DNA of 64,000 bases from an uncultured Acidimicrobiales bacterium (GTDB lineage Bacteria > Actinomycetota > Acidimicrobiia > Acidimicrobiales > JANYDT01), in assembly GCA_963763885.1 (NCBI GenBank), contig CAVXQD010000007.1, positions 125,677 to 189,676 on the forward strand. The letters run 5' to 3'. Made by a program: the position numbers and the translations under genes. The stretch's first letter is position 1; the number at the start of each line of letters is the position of its first letter. Of the stretch, positions 1 to 8,330 are shown in pieces. The notes below the pieces were generated by a model. It saw only the letters and a list, made by a program, of their open reading frames with translations. It ran no database searches and was not told the DNA's origin.

Positions 1-319
1 CGTCCGCACGCAGCATGGACAGTTCGAGGGCAGTTCCCATGGGCCGCGACGTCGGATTGTCGATGTACCTGGTCCGCAGGTCGGCATGCGCACGAGCCGA
101 TGCCTGAGGAACCAGCAGTTCAACCGGGCGGCCGATCATCGCTTCGCGTTCGTGGCCACACAGCAACTGCACGGTCCGATTGGCGAACCGGATAATCCCC
201 ATTTCGTCGACCAACAGCAAACCGTCCGGGGCTGATTCGAGAACGGCAGTAGCCGATTCGGCATCCAAGCGGACAGCCGAACGATCCACAGTTTGGCTGT
301 CCGCTTCTTGTTCGTTCAC
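1..319 (-). CDS. PAS-domain sensor protein, 5' part only (runs off the left edge); probably a sensor kinase
   Basis: Not in the ORF track. Manual translation from GTG at 319, preceded by GGAG, gives MNEQEADSQTVDRSAVRLDAESATAVLESAPDGLLLVDEMGIIRFANRTVQLLCGHEREAMIGRPVELLVPQ...RPMGTALELSMLRAD, a typical PAS fold. A kinase domain is not visible in the window. Confidence 0.7.
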   Translation of the reverse strand, partial: MNEQEADSQTVDRSAVRLDAESATAVLESAPDGLLLVDEMGIIRFANRTVQLLCGHEREAMIGRPVELLVPQASARAHADLRTRYIDNPTSRPMGTALELSMLRAD

Positions 320-396
320 CCGTTCTCCGTCCGTTCGGCAGTGCGCCGGCAACAGTATGCGTTGAGTACTGACGGTTGCGCGAAGGCTAGCGATTC

Positions 397-410
397 GGGC
401 CATTCGGCCC
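397..410. promoter_or_regulatory. Putative DosR/DevR-type box
   Basis: GGGCCATTCGGCCC between the divergent PAS gene and usp; resembles the core GGGACTWWAGTCCC and the other local boxes. Confidence 0.45.
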
Positions 411-482
411 TCAACTAACGGAGCAACACGTGTTGAAGTAGCGAAGAAGCCGCCTTGGCTACCAAACGTAGGGAGACACTTC

Positions 483-1382
483 GTGAGCGAGACGTCAGCA
501 GGGTCTGTCCTAGTGGGCGTTGACGGGTCCGAGTCGGCGCGACATGCGCTGGCCTGGGCGGTGTTCATCGCGAAGCAGCAAGGCAAGCCCATTCGTGCGG
601 TGAGCTGTTTTCATGTGCCGGTTGTGAACCGGCCTGACCTCCTCGGTTTCACCATCGACCAAAGCGTGACCGACGGAATCCGCACTGCGCACACCGGCTT
701 TGTTGCGGCTGCACGCGAACGCGTCGCGCACCTCGATCCGACGGTCGAATTCGATGGAGTCGTCGTGGAAGGCACGCCGCAAACGATCATTCCGCGGATG
801 GCGAAGGGCGACGACGTCATCGTTGTCGGATCGCTGGGAACCACCGGCTTTGTCGCCGATCTGATGGGAACGGTCGCCACGGCAGTTGTCCGCCATGCGC
901 AGTGCCCCGTTGTTGTTGTGCCAGGCGAGGCTGGCTTGCCTCACGGCGCACGTCTCGGGTCTGTCACCGTTGGGGTCGACGGTTCCGAGAGTGGCGACAA
1001 GGCGCTTCGGTGGGCGTACGGGATTGCATCGGACGGTGGCGCCGCTGAGCTGCGTATTGTCCACTCTTGGGAGAGTTCCCCCGGGCTGTACCTGGAGGTC
1101 CCTGAAGTTCCAACGGGGCGCTACGAGCAACGCGGTCGCAACACCTTGGATCATGCGGTTCAGCGCCTGGACGAGGAAGTAGGCGGTTTTGGTCAGCTTG
1201 CCGTGACCAAGATTCTCAGCAGCGAGGTGAGCCGGGTCGCGCTCAACGAGGCTTCCAACTCCACGGACCTGTTGGTGATTGGTTCGCACGGTCACGGCAT
1301 TGTCGCCCGCATGCTGCTGGGCTCTGTCAGCCGCAGTGTTGTTGAGCATTCGCACTGCGCTGTTGCCGTCATTCGCTCCTAA
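483..1382 (+). CDS. Universal stress protein (two tandem Usp domains)
   Basis: Two VLVGVDGS/VTVGVDGS starts and two (I/L)V(V/I)GS.G...G...GSV/GTV...H..C.V.V ends. Confidence 0.9.
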   Translation: MSETSAGSVLVGVDGSESARHALAWAVFIAKQQGKPIRAVSCFHVPVVNRPDLLGFTIDQSVTDGIRTAHTGFVAAARERVAHLDPTVEFDGVVVEGTPQTIIPRMAKGDDVIVVGSLGTTGFVADLMGTVATAVVRHAQCPVVVVPGEAGLPHGARLGSVTVGVDGSESGDKALRWAYGIASDGGAAELRIVHSWESSPGLYLEVPEVPTGRYEQRGRNTLDHAVQRLDEEVGGFGQLAVTKILSSEVSRVALNEASNSTDLLVIGSHGHGIVARMLLGSVSRSVVEHSHCAVAVIRS

Positions 1383-1401
1383 GGTCGGTATCCTTTTTGG
1401 T

Positions 1402-1754
1402 ATGGCCGAGTTCACTACCATCAAGGTATCGACCCGGACTCGCGACAGGTTAAGAGAACTGGCCGATCGAGAGGGGCTCACTCTCGAGGCGAGGCCGGAT
1501 TCGTTCGACCTGCTGTGGTCATAACGTCCGACGATGTGCTTGAGTTCCGGCAAGCCGCAATTGTCGTCGTCCCTTGCACGACGAAACGTAGGGGCTGGCT
1601 GACAGAGGTTGATCTGGAGGAGTTCGGAGTTGCTCAAGCGCACCGTCCGACGTCAATCAGCATCGACCGAATCGTACGGACTACTGACATCAACGTTGGA
1701 CCGGTGATCCTTCGTCAGCTACGCGAACTCATCGCAGAACTCTTGGAGATCTAG
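1402..1754 (+). pseudogene. Internally deleted toxin-antitoxin module (antitoxin N-terminus abutting a MazF/PemK-like toxin remnant)
   Basis: ATG1402 gives MAEFTTIKVSTRTRDRLRELADREGLTL (ribbon-helix-helix-like). A second frame from about 1485 reads RGEAGFVRPAVVITSDD...IVVVPCTT, the PemK/MazF signature, but has no start codon upstream of this motif. Confidence 0.6.
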
Positions 1755-1770
1755 CCTTCGAATGAAGACG

Positions 1771-2361
1771 TCACGTCGACTGAGGTCTGACTGATTTGGT
1801 GACGACCCAGCGGTGCTTGCCGATCTTACGTTCGCGTACGAATCCGAGTTGTTCGTATGTTGACAACGCTCCGTTGTAGAGAAACCCCGCAGGAACCGAC
1901 GCAGCGTCTTCGGGATAGCCCTCCACAAGTCCGCCGCCTGCTGCGGCGATCAGATCAACGGCGCCTGCCAGCGCAGCAGCGGCTACGCCCTGGCGTCGGT
2001 GACCTTTACCCACGAAGCAACACGCAATGCGCCAGTCCGGTGCGGCGCCTTGCAAAGGGTCTCGCCCTCGCTCGTATTCCGCACGACTCTTGATGCGTGG
2101 CAGTTCCTCCGGCGGGCCGAATTGGCACCAACCCACACAGTTGTTGCCCTGGAACACCAGCGCAGCGTGCGAGCGATCGGTCGTAACCCTTTCGTGTTTC
2201 CGATCCCGATTTTCCAAGGGCGTGGTGCCTTTGCCAACACCTTCCGGGTGGAATCCCATGCACCAGCAACCTCCGAAGACGCCGTTGTTGCAGTCGACCA
2301 ACGCGGCGAACGACTCCCACGTCGACGCGTCGAGCGCCCGGATCGAATACGCAGACTGCAT
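1771..2361 (-). CDS. GNAT-family N-acetyltransferase
   Basis: GCWCM motif, VGWCQFGP, IACCFVGKGHRRQGVA (acetyl-CoA motif A) and VEGYP. Confidence 0.8.
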   Translation of the reverse strand: MQSAYSIRALDASTWESFAALVDCNNGVFGGCWCMGFHPEGVGKGTTPLENRDRKHERVTTDRSHAALVFQGNNCVGWCQFGPPEELPRIKSRAEYERGRDPLQGAAPDWRIACCFVGKGHRRQGVAAAALAGAVDLIAAAGGGLVEGYPEDAASVPAGFLYNGALSTYEQLGFVRERKIGKHRWVVTKSVRPQST

Positions 2362-2416
2362 CCCACTAGATCTTACGCAGCCATCTGCGAATCACGCTGG
2401 CGGACCTGTTTCTGTC

Positions 2417-2430
2417 GGGACTTTCGGCCC
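2417..2430. promoter_or_regulatory. Putative DosR/DevR box upstream of the regulator (autoregulation)
   Basis: GGGACTTTCGGCCC, 12/14 match to GGGACTWWAGTCCC. Confidence 0.6.
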
Positions 2431-2461
2431 TGTTCGGGGTCCCTGCGTGGATGCTTGACTG

Positions 2462-3127
2462 GTGGTCGTGTCTGACACGTCACGTCCGCCGATCAAAGTC
2501 TTCCTCCTCGACGACCACGAGGTGGTGAGAGAGGGAGTGCGCCAGCTCCTGGAGTCCACAGACCGAATTGTGGTTGTGGGCGAGGCAGCCACGTGTGAAG
2601 AGGCATTGCTCCGGGTGCCTGCCGTGTCGCCCGATGTGTGCGTGCTCGACGTGCAACTTCCAGACGGGTCTGGCGTGGAGGTGTGCCGAGATATTCGCAG
2701 TAACCACCCAAACATTGCGTGTCTCATGCTCACGTCATTCTCGGACGACGAGGCGTTGTTTCAATCCGTACTCGCTGGCGCCGCTGGCTACGTTCTGAAG
2801 CAGATTCGTGGCAATGATCTAGTCGGTGCGGTCGAGCGCGTTGCGGCTGGCGAATCCTTGATCGACCCGGCGCTCACCGGTCGACTGTTGGAACGCCTTC
2901 GTAGCCCGCACCCCACCGAAGACCCGCGCATTGCCTCGCTTACACGCTTGGAGCGCAACATCCTGGACCTGCTTGCAGAGGGCCTCACCAATCGCCAAAT
3001 TGCCGAGCGGGTCCATCTCGCAGAAAAGACCGTCAAGAACTACATCTCGTCGATTCTGTCGAAACTGGGAATGTCCAGGCGCACCGAAGCCGCCGTGTTT
3101 GCGGTCCGCTCAGCAAACCCCCACTAA
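2462..3127 (+). CDS. devR: NarL/LuxR-family response regulator, DevR/DosR-like
   Basis: KVFLLDDHEVVREG...DVCVLDVQLPDGSGVEVCRD receiver and GLTNRQIAERVHLAEKTVKNYISSILSKLGMSRRTEAAVFA HTH, closely matching mycobacterial DevR as recalled. Confidence 0.85.
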   Translation: MVVSDTSRPPIKVFLLDDHEVVREGVRQLLESTDRIVVVGEAATCEEALLRVPAVSPDVCVLDVQLPDGSGVEVCRDIRSNHPNIACLMLTSFSDDEALFQSVLAGAAGYVLKQIRGNDLVGAVERVAAGESLIDPALTGRLLERLRSPHPTEDPRIASLTRLERNILDLLAEGLTNRQIAERVHLAEKTVKNYISSILSKLGMSRRTEAAVFAVRSANPH

Positions 3128-3171
3128 CACGAAGCAGATGCGTTGCTCCACACGGAGTCCAAGTCCGATCG

Positions 3172-3185
3172 GGGACTTTCGGCAC
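3172..3185. promoter_or_regulatory. Putative DosR/DevR box
   Basis: GGGACTTTCGGCAC about 35 nt upstream of ATG3220. Confidence 0.6.
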
Positions 3186-3219
3186 TAGTGGCGGAGTCCT
3201 TCTCGGCGCATACTGAGTC

Positions 3220-3657
3220 ATGACCGAGAACCTTGTCGAGCTGTCCGTTCCTGATTGCCTGACTCGCCTGAATCTCACAACCGTGGGTCGGTTGTGCGTG
3301 ATCGAGGACGGGTACCCGGTTGCGTTCCCCGTCAACTACCGCTTGGTTTCGGGCCCAGCAGGTGATCCGCGCATCGTGATGCGGACTGGCCCGCAGAGCG
3401 TGATGCACCAACCGGGGAACCGCGTCTCGTTGGAGATAGACGGGAGCGACCCCCTCGCCGATACCGGCTGGTCGGTCATTTGCAGAGGGGTACTGCACGA
3501 CGCCGCCGCCACAGACGACTGGCTCACCGGCCAAGACCCCCACCCGTGGATCGAACATCGCGATCAGTGGCAGTACATCGTGCCAACGCTCATTACGGGC
3601 AGACGCGTCGCTCAGCCCGAAATCACGTGGGCGCTTTCTGTGCGCGGGTACCTCTAA
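3220..3657 (+). CDS. Pyridoxamine 5'-phosphate oxidase-like (split-barrel flavin-binding) protein
   Basis: ELSVPDCLTRL...VGRLC...PVAFPVNY...VSLEIDG...GWSVICRG...ITGRR, typical of DosR-regulon PNPOx-like proteins. Confidence 0.8.
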   Translation: MTENLVELSVPDCLTRLNLTTVGRLCVIEDGYPVAFPVNYRLVSGPAGDPRIVMRTGPQSVMHQPGNRVSLEIDGSDPLADTGWSVICRGVLHDAAATDDWLTGQDPHPWIEHRDQWQYIVPTLITGRRVAQPEITWALSVRGYL

Positions 3658-3702
3658 ATCGAAGTCCGCGTGTATCACGCTGCCGCAGACGTTTGGCTGG
3701 TC

Positions 3703-3737
3703 AGGACCAATGGCCCGGGCCTCGTGACCATCGGCAC
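3703..3737. promoter_or_regulatory. Tandem putative DosR/DevR boxes
   Basis: AGGACCAATGGCCC (3703-3716) and GTGACCATCGGCAC (3724-3737), 21 bp apart, upstream of ATG3774. Confidence 0.55.
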
Positions 3738-3773
3738 TTTCCGTCAGCCGTCTTCGTATGCGAAAACTGACAC

Positions 3774-3926
3774 ATGACACCGACGACAGACATCCATACG
3801 TGTCCATACTGTGAGCTTCGGTTCCTGTTCGCCGACGAGGTGCGCGATCACGTCATCACCGACCACCCGGAACACGCATCCACAGTCGAGACAGCACACA
3901 TCGTGGAATTGCCAAGAGGCGACTGA
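3774..3926 (+). CDS. 50-aa C2H2 zinc-finger microprotein
   Basis: Below the ORF-track cutoff. MTPTTDIHTCPYCELRFLFADEVRDHVITDHPEHASTVETAHIVELPRGD contains C-x2-C-x3-F-x5-V-x2-H-x4-H. Its TGA overlaps the next ATG (TGATG). Confidence 0.7.
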   Translation: MTPTTDIHTCPYCELRFLFADEVRDHVITDHPEHASTVETAHIVELPRGD

Positions 3927-4448
3927 TGGGGAAGAAGCCAGCACTGGGGAAGAGAACGGAACAAGCCGCCAAGGCGACCGCAAACGGGCACCGACCGCCC
4001 GCCTGGTACCGGCCCCGTTGCGTTTGCTGCGGACATCGAAAAGGTGGTTGAGCACGCCGAGGCTGCTTACGCCGTCTTGCACGGTGGCGCCGACATTTCA
4101 CTTGCCTCGTTGCACGTGAAGAAGAACAGCTCGTTCGCCCTCGGCGCTGACGACGCCGAACTGGTGTGCCTCGTCATCAAAGGCGATGGGTACCTGATTC
4201 CATCCCCGTCAGCGTCCGATCTTGAAAGCGACGAGGAACGCGAGGACGAGGAGGACGCAGCCGACGACGAAGACGACGAAGACGACGAAGCCACGAAGGG
4301 CAAAGTCGGCAAAGCGAGTCGAACCCGTTTACGAGAGGGTCGACTTATCGTCATCACGGGGCCGGTAGTGCTTCGGACCAAGCGCCACGGACTGCGACTT
4401 CTTGTCATTTCCCACATCACCCACAGTTTGCTTCCAGCGGTGCGCTGA
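3926..4448 (+). CDS. Hypothetical cupin-like protein with an acidic insertion; apparent 1-nt frameshift near 3998
   Basis: ATG3926 frame (MGKKPALGKRTEQAAKATANGHRPP) joins the 4044 frame (PGTGPVAFAADIEKVVEHAE...ELVCLVIKGDGYL...LREGRLIVI) if one C is removed at CCGCCCGCC. Confidence 0.45.
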
Positions 4449-4449
4449 C

Positions 4450-5295
4450 ATGGTGAGTCCAGAATCCACGCAACACGCGGCCAGCATCCCAAACATGCCG
4501 CTCACACTCACCGTGCCGGCAGACGGGTTGACGGCCAACCATCGGTCCCTTGACGCCGCTGCTGCGATCGCCGCTCAGCTCGATCTTCCCATCCGAGTTA
4601 GTTCGCTTGTCGATGAGTCAACAACGCTTGGCTCGCGGCAGCGCCTGCTGCGCCAACTCACCGATTCCATCCCCGTAGATCTGAACGTAAGTACAACTAT
4701 TGATCATGGGTCGGACGCAACAGCGTTCATCCTCGATCATGTGGCGGACCACTCCACGCTGGTGATTCTGTCGGGCGGAACAACCGGTGTAGGTCTCCCA
4801 GGTTCCGTGACGCACGAGGTTCTTCGGTTTGCGTCTTCACCCGTGATGTTCACTGGCCCGTGCTGCCTGGAATGGGAGGGACCGGTCCGGCGCATTCTCG
4901 TTCCGATTGACGGATCGCGGCTTGCCGAAAAGTGCTTTCCGATTGCTGCGGCATGGGCCCTCGCCACCAGCAGCCCGGTCCAGTTTGTGACTGTGGTGGA
5001 TCCGGCGGTTTCACGCTCCGCACCGATCGCAGAGCACGACGTGGTGGAGTCCGGCTTCGTGGCGGCTACGGCGCGGGAGTTTCACTCGCAGTATGGAGTG
5101 CAGGCCACCGCCGACGTATTGCACGCCAGAATGTCCCGGCGGGCAGAGGCTATTTCTGATTGTGCTGGAGACGAACCAGGGACAATCGTATGTATGTCTA
5201 GTAATGGCTCGGCGCACAACCCGCACGCGTTGGCTACAACCACCACAAGGGTTGTGCACCTGTCTCCAGCGCCGGTGATTGTGGTCAGGTCTTAA
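4450..5295 (+). CDS. Universal stress protein (degenerate tandem Usp)
   Basis: GSVTHEVLRFASSPVMF, RRILVPIDGSRLAE and TTTRVVHLSPAPVIVVR. Confidence 0.75.
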   Translation: MVSPESTQHAASIPNMPLTLTVPADGLTANHRSLDAAAAIAAQLDLPIRVSSLVDESTTLGSRQRLLRQLTDSIPVDLNVSTTIDHGSDATAFILDHVADHSTLVILSGGTTGVGLPGSVTHEVLRFASSPVMFTGPCCLEWEGPVRRILVPIDGSRLAEKCFPIAAAWALATSSPVQFVTVVDPAVSRSAPIAEHDVVESGFVAATAREFHSQYGVQATADVLHARMSRRAEAISDCAGDEPGTIVCMSSNGSAHNPHALATTTTRVVHLSPAPVIVVRS

Positions 5296-5341
5296 GTACC
5301 AGGCCCGGGCCTACGCCCACCGACGCTACGGAGCGACACGG

Positions 5342-5821
5342 CTAGAGGAACTGTTGCAGGTCCTTCTCGATGTCTTCTGGCGTGACGGTTGGTTCGTAGC
5401 GTCGGAGCACCGAACCATCGCGGCCAACGAGGAACTTGGTGAAGTTCCACACCACTTCTGGCGTGCCATCTTCTTTTGGCTTCTCAGCCGTAAGGAACCG
5501 GTACAGATCGCAGGCGGCTTCGCCGTTGACTTCTACCTTGGAGAACAGCGGGAACGTCACGCCGTAGTTGGTAGTGGCGAACTCGAGAATTTCTTCGTCG
5601 GTGCCTGGTTCCTGTGCCCCGAACTGGTTGCAGGGGAAACCGAGAACGGCGAAACCCTTGTCAGCAGTGGTGTCATGAAGCGTACGCAGACCTGCGTACT
5701 GAGGGGTAAGCCCTCAACGGCTCGCGACGTTTACCACCAGACACATGGTGTCTGCGAAGCGCTGAAACGAGACCTGCTCGCCGGTGATGGATGTCATGGT
5801 TAGATCGTGAAAAGTCGACAT
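5342..5821 (-). CDS. gpx: Glutathione peroxidase, selenocysteine-containing (UGA at 5714-5716)
   Basis: Reading through TGA gives 159 aa: MSTFHD...LVVNVASR-U-GLTPQY...LGFPCNQFGAQEPG...WNFTKFLVGRDG. The TGA sits at the catalytic Cys/Sec position of the NVAS.(C/U)G motif. Confidence 0.9.
5682..5699 (-). promoter_or_regulatory. Bacterial SECIS-like hairpin
   Basis: On the coding strand GTACGCA-GGTC-TGCGTAC: perfect 7-bp stem and G-first loop 21 nt after the UGA, consistent with bacterial SECIS geometry. Confidence 0.75.
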
Positions 5822-5891
5822 GGCTACGAACGTAGCCGGGCGAGAGGCGCAACAACGCAACGCAACGTTTCGGCCTGCGCGACCATGGTGG

Positions 5892-6824
5892 ATGGTCCAA
5901 ACGCGTCGCTTTCGTTTCGCAGTGCAACCACTCTCGAAGTCGGTCAACATTTTGCAGAATCACGACGAGCTGGTTCGGGTCGCTCGAATCACCGAAGACC
6001 TTGGTTATGAGGAGCTGTACATCCCGGACCATTTCGGTTCGGTCGACCCGTTTATCCCGGCGTGTGTCGCAGCTGAGGCTACGTCAACGTTGCGCGTCGG
6101 CACGCTGGTGCTCAACAACGAGTTCCATCATCCGGCGATGCTTGCGCGTACCGCAGCCACCCTCGACAAGTTGTCCGGAGGGAGGTTCGTGCTGGGTTGT
6201 GGGACGGGGTACGCCGCAAATGAGCACGACGCCACTGGCATAGAACTCCGCGCACCGAAAGACCGAGTCACTCGGTTCGGTGAATGCATGGCTGCCATCC
6301 GCTTGCTGCTTGATGAAGGCGCTGCGCACGTCGAGGGTGAACACGTAACCATGCATATCGATCGGCTTGGGGTCCGGCCGTCGCAGGCGCGGGTCCCACT
6401 GCTTATCGGCGGGCATGGTCGGCGTGTCGTTTCAATCGCGGGTCAGCATTGCGACATCTACCAGTTCACCGGTTTGGAACACGGTCCTCGAGGCGAGATC
6501 CAGCCAAACGGTTTCGACATGGCCTCGCTCGCCCAACGGGCAACGTGGCTGGCCGAGGCCGCTGGGGACCGGATAGACCACATCGAACGATCGTCACTTG
6601 TCCAAGCTGCAGAAATCGGACCCTCCATCGACTACCACCACACTGCGCAGGAGTTCGAGCTAGAGGTGGAGACCGTCTTGGAGAGCCCGTTCATTCTCCA
6701 AGGGTCCCAAGCTCAGATCGCCGAGAAACTCCACCGCTGCCGCGAAGAGTTGGGCATCAGCCACATCGTCGTGCGTGACGCCGAAGCGTTCGCCCCAATC
6801 GTGGCCCAACTCGCCGGCTGCTGA
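5892..6824 (+). CDS. LLM-class F420-dependent oxidoreductase
   Basis: GYEELYIPDH...DPF...ATSTLRVGTLVLNNEFHHPAMLAR...LSGGRFVLGCGTG...PLLIGG. ATG5892 chosen because the track's 5820 start overlaps gpx. Confidence 0.85.
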   Translation: MVQTRRFRFAVQPLSKSVNILQNHDELVRVARITEDLGYEELYIPDHFGSVDPFIPACVAAEATSTLRVGTLVLNNEFHHPAMLARTAATLDKLSGGRFVLGCGTGYAANEHDATGIELRAPKDRVTRFGECMAAIRLLLDEGAAHVEGEHVTMHIDRLGVRPSQARVPLLIGGHGRRVVSIAGQHCDIYQFTGLEHGPRGEIQPNGFDMASLAQRATWLAEAAGDRIDHIERSSLVQAAEIGPSIDYHHTAQEFELEVETVLESPFILQGSQAQIAEKLHRCREELGISHIVVRDAEAFAPIVAQLAGC

Positions 6825-6849
6825 ATGAGACGCTAAGGCACACCAGGAC

Positions 6850-6904
6850 GCGATATCTGAGTTCGCTGGAGGATTCTGGCCTCCAGCGTTCTCAGCGATA
6901 TCGC
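6850..6904. repeat. Long imperfect palindrome (REP-like or bidirectional terminator)
   Basis: GCGATATC-TGAG-TT-CGCTGGAGG / CCTCCAGCG-TT-CTCA-GC-GATATCGC. Confidence 0.6.
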
Positions 6905-7087
6905 CGACGAGCAGCCTTCAGCCATCTCGTTCGATAATTTACCCACCAACCAAGCCCCTGTATCTCGACCCCTCCTGAGCTAGTTCGGTACAGCTGCGGG
7001 TGGTTGTGTGTGTTTGGGTTTGTGGGGTGTTGTGGCTGGTTGTGGGCTTGTTTGACGGGAAAGAATCTTGAAGAATCTGGTCGTTTC

Positions 7088-7101
7088 CGAACATACGTTC
7101 G
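7088..7101. promoter_or_regulatory. LexA (SOS) box
   Basis: CGAAC-ATAC-GTTCG matches the actinobacterial CGAAC-N4-GTTCG consensus, about 24 nt upstream of the DUF222-HNH start. Confidence 0.7.
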
Positions 7102-7124
7102 TAGTGGTGTGTTAGGGTGTTGTT

Positions 7125-8330
7125 GTGGACGCGGCGTTGGCGGACATACGGGCTGGGGTGGCGGAAGGGTTCGCCAAGTTGATGGTCCACGTCACTGAAC
7201 AGCCGTTGTCTCCCGACGATGTTCTTGCGGTGCGCCGGTTGGTTGAGACTGCCGAGTCTGTATGTACGCGTGCTGTTTCGAAGGTGTCTGAAACAACCAG
7301 TTTTCGGGATCTTGGGTTTCGGGATGTGAGCGCGTGGTTGGCTGCCAGGTCGGGCGCACGCCGGACTGAAGGACATGTCCGGTGTGCCCAGGAGAAGCTG
7401 CTCGCAGATTTCGAGCTTGTTCGTGAAGCGGCCGCGGATGGGAAGTTCAGTCAGACTCATTTGCGGTGTTTGGCGGGTGCGGTCACTGCGAAACGGTTCG
7501 AGCTAGCAAAGCGTGACGAGCAGGTTTTTGTGAACGCGGCTGCGATGTTGGACGCTTCGTTGTTTGCTCAGTTGGTGCAACGGTGGGTGTCGTTAGCTGA
7601 CGACGAACTGTGTGACCCTGCCCAACCTGGTCGCGGTGACGATTCAGCTGGTCGACGGTTGCAGTTGACCCGCCTGTTTAATGGGATGTACCGGTTGAAT
7701 GGTGTGCTGGACCCAGTCGCTGGTGAAATTGTTGAATCGGCGTTAGCTGCGGGTATGCCAAAACCGGGACCGGATGAAACCCGGACTCCGGGGCAACGTC
7801 GTGCGGACGCGTTGACCGATGTTTGCCAAACATTTCTTGCGAACACTGACCGGCCCTTTGTTGGGAATGAACGTCCGAATGTGAACGTCGTGTTCCACGC
7901 AGCGGATGGTTCAGCTCACACCACGGGAGGTTGGTTCCTACGGAACTGGCAACTCTCCCAAATCTTGTGTGACGCGACCGTCACTGCGGCTGCTGCGACG
8001 ATGAATGGTGTCGTGTTCGACGTGGGCACCCCGACGAGTGCAATCCCGGCAAGGAACCGGAAAGCGGTGATGATCCGGGACAGGGGGTGCCGGTTCGGTG
8101 GTTGTTCCCAACCCGCACGATGGTGTGAGGTGCATCACATCCGGGAACGAGAACATGGTGGGACACACGAGTTGCCGAATCTGGTTGCTTTGTGTACATA
8201 CCATCACCGTGAAGTACATCGCAAAGGCATCAAGCTCACCTGGGAAGACGCCACCCTGGTCGGGACGTTCCCGAACGGTGTGATGGTCCACGGGCCACCA
8301 CACCCCAACACCCTCCCAGCCCTCTTCTAA
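7125..8330 (+). CDS. DUF222-domain HNH endonuclease (13E12-repeat family)
   Basis: LNGVLDPVAGE...RTPGQRRADAL (DUF222) and RDRGCRFGGC...CEVHHI...GGTHELPNLVALCTYHH (HNH). Confidence 0.85.
   Translation: MDAALADIRAGVAEGFAKLMVHVTEQPLSPDDVLAVRRLVETAESVCTRAVSKVSETTSFRDLGFRDVSAWLAARSGARRTEGHVRCAQEKLLADFELVREAAADGKFSQTHLRCLAGAVTAKRFELAKRDEQVFVNAAAMLDASLFAQLVQRWVSLADDELCDPAQPGRGDDSAGRRLQLTRLFNGMYRLNGVLDPVAGEIVESALAAGMPKPGPDETRTPGQRRADALTDVCQTFLANTDRPFVGNERPNVNVVFHAADGSAHTTGGWFLRNWQLSQILCDATVTAAAATMNGVVFDVGTPTSAIPARNRKAVMIRDRGCRFGGCSQPARWCEVHHIREREHGGTHELPNLVALCTYHHREVHRKGIKLTWEDATLVGTFPNGVMVHGPPHPNTLPALF

Noticed and set aside
510-1643. Long antisense/shadow ORFs in the track (e.g. 510..1643, 26416..27780, 50746..51513)
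   Set aside because: They lie opposite well-supported genes, show no recognisable motifs and are expected in high-GC DNA.
5714-5716. Nonsense mutation making gpx a pseudogene
   Set aside because: The stop falls exactly on the catalytic residue, the rest is intact and a SECIS-like hairpin follows.
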